42,746 bases of DNA from Verrucomicrobiota bacterium. Its GTDB lineage: Bacteria; Bacteroidota; Bacteroidia; Chitinophagales; UBA8649. The notes under the pieces are model-generated. The model was not told where the DNA came from, searched no databases, and saw only the letters and a program-made list of their open reading frames with translations. A program made the position numbers and the translations under genes. Of the stretch, positions 18,242 through 27,954 are shown piece by piece. The stretch is from positions 1-42,746 of the forward strand of contig JAFMKE010000003.1 in NCBI GenBank assembly GCA_017853115.1, read 5' to 3'. Each line of letters starts with the position of its first letter. Within the stretch, counting starts at the first letter, position 1.

Positions 18242-19213
18242 TTGATGCGCTTAACTTTATTCGCTTTATTTCTTTTTGTCAATTCGCAAGCATTTGCTCA
18301 GCAATGGGTCCAATTTACCCAAGCCAATGCTTATGGTTCTTTCTTGAATCCCGGGCATATTGGATATCAAAGCAACTTAAATGCCACTGCTGCGCACAGA
18401 AGTCAGTATGTTGGTTTGGGTACCCGAGCCATTGGCACTCAATTTGTTTCTTTTAGTTCGCCCTTTCTTAGTTCCAAATTTGGACTGGGTTTTAGATTGC
18501 TTAATGATTTCATTGGTGTCCAACGATTTACGCATATAGATTTGGGCGGCGCTTATCATTTTATGCAGGGTAAACATCGATTGTCTGCTGGATTTCAGCT
18601 GGGGATAGTTCAGCTAAGTATAAATGGCGCTGAGCTAACTGCTCCTGATGGAAGCTATTCGTCTGGGGTAGTCGTCCACAATGATCAAGTCCTTCCTCAA
18701 GAATCTTCATCTGGTTTGGCCCCTACCATTAGTGCAGGATTGCTATATGGTTATAAAAAATTTGAAGTGGGTGTTTCAATGCAGCATGTAAGTTCTCCAC
18801 AAATTGAGCTCTCCAATACGGCGAATGGAACATTAATAATTTTATCGCGTACAATAAATTTATATTCGTCTTACGTTATAGAGGCGAATAACGTGAAAGT
18901 TAAACCAACGTTCTTTAGTAAAACAGACTTCAAGGAATGGCAAGCACAGATGAACCTAGAAATTGATTGGCGTAAGTTGATTGTTGGTGCGGGTTTTAGA
19001 GGTTATAGTGGCTTGAATAACGACGCTATAATTGGTTTGTTTGGATTCCGAGTGAAAGAAAAGATTCGATTGGTGTATAGCTATGATTACAATGTTTCTT
19101 TTTTGAATAATTCGAATTCAGGTTCTCATGAGCTTAGTTTGAGGTTTGATTTACCAAAAAGTTTTAAACAAACCGTAAAAAGTAATAAAATTTTTAACCC
19201 AAGATATTTATAA
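18242..19213 (+). CDS. porP: PorP/SprF family T9SS beta-barrel protein
   Basis: QFTQ..LNPG..HRSQ, YSYD, GSHE, C-terminal PRYL; directly upstream of gldK. Confidence 0.88.
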   Translation: MMRLTLFALFLFVNSQAFAQQWVQFTQANAYGSFLNPGHIGYQSNLNATAAHRSQYVGLGTRAIGTQFVSFSSPFLSSKFGLGFRLLNDFIGVQRFTHIDLGGAYHFMQGKHRLSAGFQLGIVQLSINGAELTAPDGSYSSGVVVHNDQVLPQESSSGLAPTISAGLLYGYKKFEVGVSMQHVSSPQIELSNTANGTLIILSRTINLYSSYVIEANNVKVKPTFFSKTDFKEWQAQMNLEIDWRKLIVGAGFRGYSGLNNDAIIGLFGFRVKEKIRLVYSYDYNVSFLNNSNSGSHELSLRFDLPKSFKQTVKSNKIFNPRYL

Positions 19214-19303
19214 AAAAATATTACTTTAGCGCGGTGATTGTTTTGCTTTTTATCAAAGAGTATTATATTTACACGCTTTAAAATTGCTATTAAAAGACAA
19301 AGT

Positions 19304-20563
19304 ATGATGAAGTTTCAATCTTTAGCCCTAACAATTCTTTCTTTTGGAGTTTTGATTTTATCAGGATGTGGGGGAAGTTACAATGGCCAACTTCTTGGAG
19401 AGTTAGATAGGCCCAATTGGCAGCCAGAAATGCCTTATGGTATGGTGTACGTGCCTACAGGTTTTTTACATATTGGACCATCAGACCAAGATGTAAATCA
19501 TGCCTTGTTGGCTCAAAGTAAGTCGATTTCAATAGCAGGCTTCTTTATGGATGATACGGAGATAACAAATAATGAATATCGTCAGTTCGAGCACTGGGTG
19601 CGCGATTCAGTAGCTCACAAGTTGTTGGGTAACATCATTGTAGATGAAGAATCTGGCTTAGAGCGAATTGACTGGAGTATCGACATCGATTGGGAGGATA
19701 CTGAGACTAAAGAACTTTTAGCGAGTATGGTTTATCCGAAAGATGATCCATTGGGTGGAGGTCTTAATACTACGAAGTTGATTTACGAATATGTTTGGGT
19801 TGATTGGCAAACAGCGGCTAAAGAGCCTAATATTGAAAGAGAAGATTTGGCTATGCAAGAAGAAGTTGAGATTTATCCAGATACCTTAGTTTGGATTCGT
19901 GATTTTTCTTATTCTTACAACGAACCATTCGCAAGAAACTATTACAACCATCCTGCTTTTGATGATTATCCAGTTGTTGGTATTACATGGGATCAAGCGA
20001 ACGCTTTTTCAGCGTGGAGAACTGGATTCTACAATGGCTTCAAAAAACAACAAGGTTTGTCGGTATTAGATGATTTCCGTATCCCAGTAGAACATGAGTG
20101 GGAATATGCTGCGAGAGGAGGTAAAAAACAATCTCCTTATCCGTGGGGTGGTCCATACATCAGAAACAGTCAGGGTTGTTTGTTGGCTAACTTTAAGCCA
20201 GGAAGAGGAAACTACCCGGAGGATGGCGGTTTGTACACCGTGCGTGCTGATGCATACTGGCCGAATGATTACGGTTTGTATAACATGGCTGGAAATGTGG
20301 CTGAATGGACGTCTTCAGCATTTTATGAAAACTCTTACAATTTTATTCATGATCTTAACCCTGATATTCGATACGATGCGAATGACAGTGAGCCAAATAC
20401 CATGAAGCGTAAGGTGTTGAGAGGTGGTTCGTGGAAAGATATAGGATATTATATTCAAACAGGTACACGTCACTGGGAGTATTCTTTTGAAGCGAAAAGC
20501 TACATCGGATTTAGATGTGTTTCTACTTACTTAGGTAGAGATTATAGAGATGCTTCATATTAA
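19304..20563 (+). CDS. gldK: Gliding motility/T9SS lipoprotein GldK (PorK)
   Basis: Lipobox LSGC, PYGMVYVPTG, TEITNNEYRQF, YPDTLVW, EWEYAARGG, NMAGNVAEW; start moved to ATG 19304. Confidence 0.93.
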   Translation: MMKFQSLALTILSFGVLILSGCGGSYNGQLLGELDRPNWQPEMPYGMVYVPTGFLHIGPSDQDVNHALLAQSKSISIAGFFMDDTEITNNEYRQFEHWVRDSVAHKLLGNIIVDEESGLERIDWSIDIDWEDTETKELLASMVYPKDDPLGGGLNTTKLIYEYVWVDWQTAAKEPNIEREDLAMQEEVEIYPDTLVWIRDFSYSYNEPFARNYYNHPAFDDYPVVGITWDQANAFSAWRTGFYNGFKKQQGLSVLDDFRIPVEHEWEYAARGGKKQSPYPWGGPYIRNSQGCLLANFKPGRGNYPEDGGLYTVRADAYWPNDYGLYNMAGNVAEWTSSAFYENSYNFIHDLNPDIRYDANDSEPNTMKRKVLRGGSWKDIGYYIQTGTRHWEYSFEAKSYIGFRCVSTYLGRDYRDASY

Positions 20564-20647
20564 ATTTGAATTTTATATACTATTTATTTAATAAGTTAAT
20601 CGAAGATTAACCCTAAAGACTATTATTAAAAACTAAAAAAAACTAAA

Positions 20648-21283
20648 ATGGCAAAATCACAATCATTCTTTTTAAGTAAGTCAGGTAAAACATATCTTAA
20701 CTACGCATATTCGATAGGTGCGGCAGTTGTTATTGCGGGTGCGTTGTTTAAGTTGATGCACTGGCCATTCGCAAGTTTAATGCTAATTGTAGGTATGAGT
20801 ACGGAGGTGTTGATTTTTATTATTTCTGCTTTTGAACCTCAATTTGAGCATCATGATGAATACAAATGGGAGCGAGTATATCCTGAATTGGCGGATGATG
20901 AGTTAGGCTCGAAATCGATTACAAAGAGTTTAGATGATATGTTAGCCCAAGCTAATATTGAGCAGGAAATGCTTTCTCGCATTGGAGAAAACTTAGGTAA
21001 GTTAAGCACGAATGTGGCTAGCTTAAATGATATGGGAGATGCCATGTCTGCAACGCAAGATTATACCACCAACGCAAGAGCTGCAGCGAACGCGTTAGGT
21101 GAAGTTAAGGATGCTTACACGGCGGCTTTATCATCAGCAGATGGATTAGCTAGTACGCTAGATACAATGAAAGCAATTTCAGAATCAACTTCGGCAGTTC
21201 AAGCGGAAATGACAGAGTTATCATCAAATTTATCATCGTTAAATACTGTATACGGAAATATGCTTTCAGCAATGAAAAGCTAA
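20648..21283 (+). CDS. gldL: T9SS/gliding motor subunit GldL (PorL)
   Basis: GAAVVIAGALFKLMHW, TE..F..SAFEP, WERVYPEL, LNTVYGNMLSAM. Confidence 0.95.
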   Translation: MAKSQSFFLSKSGKTYLNYAYSIGAAVVIAGALFKLMHWPFASLMLIVGMSTEVLIFIISAFEPQFEHHDEYKWERVYPELADDELGSKSITKSLDDMLAQANIEQEMLSRIGENLGKLSTNVASLNDMGDAMSATQDYTTNARAAANALGEVKDAYTAALSSADGLASTLDTMKAISESTSAVQAEMTELSSNLSSLNTVYGNMLSAMKS

Positions 21284-21336
21284 GAGGCAGTTTATTTAAG
21301 TAATCAAATTCCTAAACCGATTAAAAATAGATTATA

Positions 21337-22977
21337 ATGGCAGGTGGTAAATTAACCCCAAGACAGAAGATGATTAATATGATGTATCTCGTATTAACTG
21401 CACTTCTGGCAATGAACGTATCCGCTGAAGTACTTGAAGCTTTCAAATTAGTTGAGACGGGTATCGAAAATTCAAACGATGTTTTAAGAGATAAAATAAC
21501 TTTTGTTGATGAAGCATTTCAAGGAAAAATGGCAGATTCTCCAGATGGTCCTGCGTTGTATGCGATGACGCAAGATGTTTCAGGCTTAACAGGTGAGTTG
21601 GTCGGTCTAATCAATGAAATCAAGGAAGATTTGTATGGTCTTTCTGGTCGAAATGAAGAGGGGGGCTTGGAAAAGATGGACGACATCGATTCTCCTTCTC
21701 GTTTGTTAGCTATGCCAGATGCCCCGGAGTTTAAGGGAGAAGCTCTTCAAAACAAGATTAAGGAAGTTAAGGCAAGGTTAACGGATATTATCAATGATAC
21801 GACGCTCGACCTTTTGGCTACTCAACGTACGGCTTTGATCAATAGTTTAACATTGACAGCTGAAGATGTAGAGGGTACTCAAGGTATCGAAGGAAAGTGG
21901 TATTACAAAAATTTCTTCCATGTTCCGTCTGCTGGTACAATGACCATTTTGACGAAGTTGGAGAATGATGCATTAAGTGCTGAGGCTACTGTTAATGAGG
22001 CTATTCTTAAAACGATTGGTGCATTGGATTTTAAATTCGATAAGTTAAGAGCTACAGTGCAAGCGCCAAAGTCATATCTTCCAGGTGGAGCTCAATATGA
22101 AGCGAACATCTTCCTAACTGCATCAAGTTCAGGTATTGTGGCTGAAACTTATGTGGGTAATTTAGATATGTCGAAATTCGAGAAAGATTCGTTGGGCGAC
22201 TATATCCCTTTTAACAGTGACGACGAAACGCCTTTTACAGGTGAACCTGTGATTGTTGAGAATGGTAAGTATTCAGCTGGAACGGCAGTGGGACAAAATG
22301 AGAAAAAGGGTGCTATCAAAATTCAAAATCCGAAAGGTGGGTTTGACTGGTATCCCTTCGAAATTTCTTACGAAGGAGCTGCTCCAGGTGGTTTCTCTGT
22401 TTCTCCTACAAAAATGAATGTATTATACATCGGAGTAGATAATCCGCTGTCCATTACCTTGGGAGATGCTAAGCCGGGCACAGAGCGTGTTTCTATCTCG
22501 CAAGGAAGTATTTCGGGAAGCGGTAACAATTGGACTGCTAAAGTAAGTTCAGTGGGAGAAGCTACGATTACGGTGGGAGGTACTACACCTTCAGGTGAGC
22601 CTGCCAAGTCGCAGTCAGCTAACTTTCGTGTGAAGTTAATTCCCGATCCAATCCCTACCTTGGGTGGTGACGAGATATTGACTACTAATGGTAAAGGCCA
22701 AAAAGGTACAATTAAGGCGAAAGGTGGTATTGTTCCATTATTAAAGGATTTCGATTTCGAAGCAAGGTTTAATGTAATCAGCTATGATTTTTATTTAACA
22801 TCAGGTGGTGAGCTCTTACCGGCTAGAGGTAATAGTGGGCCGTTGTTTAGTGGCGCAGTTACTAATCTTATTGATAGAGCAAAACCGAATGATTTAATGG
22901 TATTTGATAATATTAAGGTTCAAGGTCCTGATGGGAAAACGAGAAAAATCCCAAGTATGACTTTCCAGATTTTCTAA
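21337..22977 (+). CDS. gldM: T9SS/gliding motor subunit GldM (PorM)
   Basis: MAGGKLTPRQKMINMMYLVLTALLAMNVS, KMNVLYIGVDNP, PDP. Confidence 0.95.
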   Translation: MAGGKLTPRQKMINMMYLVLTALLAMNVSAEVLEAFKLVETGIENSNDVLRDKITFVDEAFQGKMADSPDGPALYAMTQDVSGLTGELVGLINEIKEDLYGLSGRNEEGGLEKMDDIDSPSRLLAMPDAPEFKGEALQNKIKEVKARLTDIINDTTLDLLATQRTALINSLTLTAEDVEGTQGIEGKWYYKNFFHVPSAGTMTILTKLENDALSAEATVNEAILKTIGALDFKFDKLRATVQAPKSYLPGGAQYEANIFLTASSSGIVAETYVGNLDMSKFEKDSLGDYIPFNSDDETPFTGEPVIVENGKYSAGTAVGQNEKKGAIKIQNPKGGFDWYPFEISYEGAAPGGFSVSPTKMNVLYIGVDNPLSITLGDAKPGTERVSISQGSISGSGNNWTAKVSSVGEATITVGGTTPSGEPAKSQSANFRVKLIPDPIPTLGGDEILTTNGKGQKGTIKAKGGIVPLLKDFDFEARFNVISYDFYLTSGGELLPARGNSGPLFSGAVTNLIDRAKPNDLMVFDNIKVQGPDGKTRKIPSMTFQIF

Positions 22978-23035
22978 CTTTCAATACTATTAAATCAAAG
23001 ATTAACGTTATTACGCAAGTTGTAAAACAAGAATT

Positions 23036-23854
23036 ATGAAAAAGTTATTATCACTGTTTGTGTCCGCAGTTTGTATCTCTGGAATAATCCAGGCTCAGGA
23101 TGTAATTGACGGTGTCTACGAAAAGGTAGTTACGGTTGAAAAAGGAATCATCCCTTATGATGACATTCGTGAGGCTGATGTTTTTTGGTCCAAGAGAATT
23201 TGGCGGACTATTGATGTTCGGGAAAAAATGAACTTAATTTTTGCCTATCCTCAGCAGCCATTGATTGACATTCTGCATACAGCTGCTACCAATGGTGACT
23301 TAACTGTTTATGATATGACCGTGTTGAATGCTGATCAGTTTACAGAAGTTCTGAGTGTGGAGAAAGTTAAAATGATTGGTAACAGTGTAGATACGATTTC
23401 AAGAATCAACCCGATAACACTTCAACAGGAAGAAGTTATCCAAGTGAACGAATTTGATCCCGCAAAGGTTATTAAATATAAATTAAAAGAAGACTGGTTC
23501 TTTGATGAGGAAACGTCAACTTTTCAGGTTCGGATTATTGGTATAGCTCCAGTTATTGAATCCTATAGTTCTGATGGGAATTACCTAGGTGATGAAACTA
23601 TGTATTGGGTCTACTATCCAGATTTAAGACCAATTTTGGCGAAGTATGAAGCCTACAATACGGGTAATGATGCTATTCGTTTAAGTTGGGAAGATATTAT
23701 GGAGGCTAGATTTTTCTCGAGCTATATTACTAAAGAATCAAATGTATATGACCGTGTTATTCAAGAATACGCAACGGGCTTAGATGCTTTGTTTGAGTCA
23801 GACAATATCAAGCAAAAGTTATTTGAGTTTGAGCATGACTTGTGGTCATATTAA
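23036..23854 (+). CDS. gldN: T9SS/gliding protein GldN (PorN)
   Basis: READVFWSKRIWRTID, KEDWFFD, RIIGIAP, RFFSSYITKE, FEHDLW. Confidence 0.94.
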   Translation: MKKLLSLFVSAVCISGIIQAQDVIDGVYEKVVTVEKGIIPYDDIREADVFWSKRIWRTIDVREKMNLIFAYPQQPLIDILHTAATNGDLTVYDMTVLNADQFTEVLSVEKVKMIGNSVDTISRINPITLQQEEVIQVNEFDPAKVIKYKLKEDWFFDEETSTFQVRIIGIAPVIESYSSDGNYLGDETMYWVYYPDLRPILAKYEAYNTGNDAIRLSWEDIMEARFFSSYITKESNVYDRVIQEYATGLDALFESDNIKQKLFEFEHDLWSY

Positions 23855-25656
23855 GAGGTAAAAAAACGTAATACTTTGTCAGCTTTAGCCTGACCAATAA
23901 ATAAAGCGAGTTCTTCCAAAGAAGCTCGCTTTATTTTTTTTACCGAGCCAAACTCATTCAATAAAATTTCTTTTGTCTTCTTGCCGATGCCCGATATTTG
24001 ATCTAACTCGGATTGAATGAAATTTTTACTTCTTTGATTGCGATGAAAGCTAATGGCAAATCGATGGGCTTCATTTCGCAAATGTTGAATGACTTTCAAA
24101 CTTTCACTTTTTTTGTTGATATACAAGGGCAAGGAATCTCCAGGGTAATATATTTCCTCTAGTTTTTTAGCTATTCCAATAATCGGTAGTTTACCTCTTA
24201 ATCCAAGCTTGTCAATACTCTTTAAAGCAGAACTTAACTGACCTTTGCCTCCATCTACGATTACTAGGTTGGGTAGCTCTTTACCTTCTTTCAACAAGCG
24301 GCTATAGCGACGAAATACTACCTCCTCCATGCTTGCGAAATCATTAGGTCCTTGAACAGTTTTTATATTATAGTGTCTGTAATCTTTTTTTGCTGGTTTA
24401 GTGTTTCGAAACACCACCATGGAAGCTACAGGATTTGTACCTTGAATATTAGAGTTGTCGAAGCACTCAATATGTCTAGGAAGTTCAGTCAAGCGCAAAT
24501 CTTCTTGTATTTGTTTTAGAACGCGTTCAATACTACTTTCTTTTTTGGCTTGTTTCTCCTTGATATCGAAGTAATGCTGTTTTTGGGATACTAGATTTCT
24601 AAATGCTAAATCCAGGATCTTTTTCTTGTCTCCAGTTTTTGGGATTGTAAGTTTGGGACCCTCAAGTTCTATGGCAAATGGAATAACTATTTCATTAGCG
24701 TTTTCTTCTTCGTCTCGATCATTGCGGTGTTGCTCGATGACGAACATAAGTAATTCCTCATCAGATTCGTCGAGTTTAGATTTTAACTCAAAATTATAGG
24801 TGCTTACAATGGCTCCATTACGTATTTTAAGATAGGTAATAAAGGCTTTTTCCGGCACGGAGAGTATGTTATAGGCATCGATATGTTGGATGCTCACATC
24901 TACTACAGTGTTTTTCTCGCCATAGTTTAGTAGAGTTTCTATTCTTCGTTGGTAGTCATAAGCTTTTTCAAATTCCAGTTTTTCTTCAAATTCCGCTTGT
25001 TTTTCTTTTAAGTAGTTCACTGCCATATCAGATTTCCCAAGTAGGATGTTTCTGATCTGTTCGATGTTCTTCATATAATCGTCTTCTGACTGATGTGCTT
25101 CGCACGGGCCTAAACAATTATCAATATGGTACTCTAAACATACTTTAAACTTATTCTTTCTTATGTTTTCCTGATTTAAGGCAAGCGAACATGTTCTAAG
25201 TGGAAAGAGTTTAACAATGGTTTCGTATGCCTTTTTAGCATAGAACATAGAAGTGTATGGCCCAAAATATTCTGATCCATCGTTAATCTTTTTTCGGGTA
25301 AAGACAACTCTTGGAAATTTTTCATTTTTTATGGCTATCGAAGGATAACTTTTATCGTCTCGAAATTGAATGTTGTATTTTGGTCTTTCGTTTCGAATGA
25401 GATTTTTTTCAAGCAAAAGCGCTTCCCGTTCATCCTTCACAACGGTGAATTGAATGTCGCGAATTTGTTTTACCATTAGTCGAAGACGAAAACTATCATG
25501 AGTTTTAGTAAAGTAGGAACTTACCCGTTTTTTTAGATTTTTGGCTTTCCCAACATAAAGTAATCGCTGGTCCGCATCATAGTGGCGATACACTCCAGGT
25601 TTTTCTGGTAAGGAATGGATAAGATCTTTAATTCTTTCGGTATCTTTTTTACTCAT
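23851..25656 (-). CDS. uvrC: Excinuclease ABC subunit C
   Basis: GIY-YIG PGVY..YVGKAKNL, IECFDNSN, DGGKGQL, RNEAHRFA, C-terminal HhH. Confidence 0.97.
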   Translation of the reverse strand: MSKKDTERIKDLIHSLPEKPGVYRHYDADQRLLYVGKAKNLKKRVSSYFTKTHDSFRLRLMVKQIRDIQFTVVKDEREALLLEKNLIRNERPKYNIQFRDDKSYPSIAIKNEKFPRVVFTRKKINDGSEYFGPYTSMFYAKKAYETIVKLFPLRTCSLALNQENIRKNKFKVCLEYHIDNCLGPCEAHQSEDDYMKNIEQIRNILLGKSDMAVNYLKEKQAEFEEKLEFEKAYDYQRRIETLLNYGEKNTVVDVSIQHIDAYNILSVPEKAFITYLKIRNGAIVSTYNFELKSKLDESDEELLMFVIEQHRNDRDEEENANEIVIPFAIELEGPKLTIPKTGDKKKILDLAFRNLVSQKQHYFDIKEKQAKKESSIERVLKQIQEDLRLTELPRHIECFDNSNIQGTNPVASMVVFRNTKPAKKDYRHYNIKTVQGPNDFASMEEVVFRRYSRLLKEGKELPNLVIVDGGKGQLSSALKSIDKLGLRGKLPIIGIAKKLEEIYYPGDSLPLYINKKSESLKVIQHLRNEAHRFAISFHRNQRSKNFIQSELDQISGIGKKTKEILLNEFGSVKKIKRASLEELALFIGQAKADKVLRFFTS

Positions 25657-27928
25657 ATTTACCCGGATCTATACCATTACTGGTAGTCTGCGTAAACTTA
25701 GAACAATCGAGTTCAACGGATAGTTCTTCGAGTGGTGCCTCAAAGGTAGAATCAAAATTATAGTTGAGGCTTGTATCCTTGTATACCTTGTCGATAAACT
25801 TTGCCCAAATGGGAAGGGCCGTACTTGCACCTTGTCCTAAAGATGTGCTTCTGAATCGAATGAACTTGTCATCACAACCAACCCAAACTCCTGCTAGTAA
25901 GTCCGGAGTAAATCCCATAAACCATCCATCTGAGTTATTTTGCGTCGTTCCTGTTTTACCAGCAATCTCCAAAGATTTTGGAATATTGTATTTAAATCGA
26001 ACTCTTGCTCCAGTAACTTCGCCGGGAGGACCATCAACTACATTGCGCATCATTTGCGTAATCACATAAGCGGTTTCTTCATCCAAGGCTGCAGTACTTT
26101 CTGCGAAAAATTCTTCAATTACATTGCCGTGGCTGTCTTCGATTCTAGAAACGAAAATAGGTTCATTGCTAGTGCCTTTGTTCGCAAATGTGGTATAGGC
26201 GCGAATCATTTCATAAACAGAAATATCGGCAACACCTAAACAAATTGAAGGGTAGGGTGGTATCTCACTCTCTATACCCATCTTCTTGGCAAATTCAACA
26301 ACAGCCTGAGCGCTCAACTCATGCATTAAGTAGGCGGTAACCTGATTTTTTGAAGCGGCTAATCCATCTTTTATTGCCATCATGCCATCCGATTCTCCAT
26401 CGGAATTTTTTGGGCAATACTGTTTTAAGATCGGCCATCTCGCGTCATTCGCTTCGAAACAAATCGGTAAATCTGGCACTTTAAAACAAGGGGAATATCC
26501 CTTTTCCTTAATGGCTAAGGTGTAAATAAGTGGTTTAAAGGTCGATCCTACTTGACGCTTTGTATTTTTGTTTACGTGATCGTATTGGTTATATTCAAAA
26601 TTTGCCCCACCAACCCAGGCTTTTACATAGCCAGTTTGCGGGTCAACGGCCATTAATCCAGTTTGCAAAATCATCTTATAGTACTTAACGGAATCCAGAG
26701 GGCTAAGCACTGTATCAATCATGCCATTATGACTCCATATTGACATTTCTCTTGGTGTTGTTATTAAAGCATGTGCAGCTGAATCTGATAATGAAGAATC
26801 ATTACTTTTAAAAATCTTCATTACCTTGTTTACAAGAACTTCACTTTGCTTAGCATACGATGCTTCTCTGTCATATTTATCGTAATATTCCCATGGATCT
26901 CGATTTTTCCAATGCTTGAAAAATTCATTTTGCCACTCACTTAAATGCTCATGAACTGCATCCTCTGCGTGTTGCTGCATACGACTATCGATTGTGGTAT
27001 AAACTTTCAAGCCGTCCTTATAAATATTATAGGGTTCTCCCGTGCTTGGATTAATATGTGAAGTTGCCCATTCTTTTAGCCATAATCTTAACTGTTCCCT
27101 AAAATGTGGGGCTAGTCCATTGATGTGATTAGTTGCTTTATAGTCGGTTACAATAGGCAGCGCTTGTAATGAGTCTTTAAGCTCTTTGGAAATATAGTCG
27201 TAGTTGTGAAGTTGATAGAGTACAACATTCCTTCGTTGCATACTGTTTTCCATATTGGATATGGGGTTATATTTTGACGGAGCTTTGAGCATTCCCACGA
27301 GGACCGCACTTTCTTCAATGCTAAGATTTTCGACCTCTTTGTTGAAGTAGGTTTTCGCGGCTGATTTTATTCCATAGGAGTTGTGCACAAAGTCTACCGT
27401 GTTAAGATACATGGTCAAAATTTCTTCTTTGGTATATGTTCTTTCCAACATTACGGACATAACCAATTCCTTAATCTTTTGACCAATACGTCCAAGTTTG
27501 GATTGCGGAATATCATGAAAGAGATTCTTTGCTAATTGCTGCGTTATTGTACTTCCGCCACCTCGCTTTCCCAAAAATACTATAGCTGAAATGGAACGCT
27601 TTAAATCGATGCCTGAGTGTTGATAGAAACGAACATCTTCGGTTGCCACCAATGCATCAATCAAATTTTGAGGTAACTCATGTGTTTGTGCATTGGAACG
27701 GTTTTTACTAAAAAATTTTCCAATAGGAATGTCTGAGTCGGCAGAAAAAATTTCTGTTGCTAACTCACTGTTAGGGTTTTCGATTTCAGCAAAGCTTGGC
27801 ATTTTCCCTAGTAGACCTTTTGAAACGCCGTAAAAGAATAACATCAGACTAAAAATCCCAATGAAAAACACAGCCCATAAGACTATGATGGGCTTCTTAA
27901 AATTTATTTTTTTCTGTGTTTTAGCCAT
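25649..27928 (-). CDS. Class A penicillin-binding protein (PBP1A family)
   Basis: N-terminal TM; transglycosylase EDVRFYQHSG and GGSTITQQLAKN; transpeptidase STFK, SKN, KTGT. Confidence 0.93.
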   Translation of the reverse strand: MAKTQKKINFKKPIIVLWAVFFIGIFSLMLFFYGVSKGLLGKMPSFAEIENPNSELATEIFSADSDIPIGKFFSKNRSNAQTHELPQNLIDALVATEDVRFYQHSGIDLKRSISAIVFLGKRGGGSTITQQLAKNLFHDIPQSKLGRIGQKIKELVMSVMLERTYTKEEILTMYLNTVDFVHNSYGIKSAAKTYFNKEVENLSIEESAVLVGMLKAPSKYNPISNMENSMQRRNVVLYQLHNYDYISKELKDSLQALPIVTDYKATNHINGLAPHFREQLRLWLKEWATSHINPSTGEPYNIYKDGLKVYTTIDSRMQQHAEDAVHEHLSEWQNEFFKHWKNRDPWEYYDKYDREASYAKQSEVLVNKVMKIFKSNDSSLSDSAAHALITTPREMSIWSHNGMIDTVLSPLDSVKYYKMILQTGLMAVDPQTGYVKAWVGGANFEYNQYDHVNKNTKRQVGSTFKPLIYTLAIKEKGYSPCFKVPDLPICFEANDARWPILKQYCPKNSDGESDGMMAIKDGLAASKNQVTAYLMHELSAQAVVEFAKKMGIESEIPPYPSICLGVADISVYEMIRAYTTFANKGTSNEPIFVSRIEDSHGNVIEEFFAESTAALDEETAYVITQMMRNVVDGPPGEVTGARVRFKYNIPKSLEIAGKTGTTQNNSDGWFMGFTPDLLAGVWVGCDDKFIRFRSTSLGQGASTALPIWAKFIDKVYKDTSLNYNFDSTFEAPLEELSVELDCSKFTQTTSNGIDPGKYE

Positions 27929-27954
27929 GATAAGACTCCTTCTGTGAGTTAAAC

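Noticed and set aside
19238-19303. TTG-start extension of gldK
   Set aside because: Covers the promoter-like region; the lipoprotein signal begins at ATG 19304/19307
20094-20405. 103-aa alternative-frame ORF inside gldK
   Set aside because: No recognisable motif; shadow of a conserved gene
20630-20648. AAACTAAAA tandem repeat before gldL
   Set aside because: Ordinary A-rich Bacteroidota translation initiation region
25764-26239. Antisense ORFs opposite PBP1A (and similar 60-100 aa shadow ORFs across the window)
   Set aside because: Fully overlap well-supported genes and show no protein-like motifs
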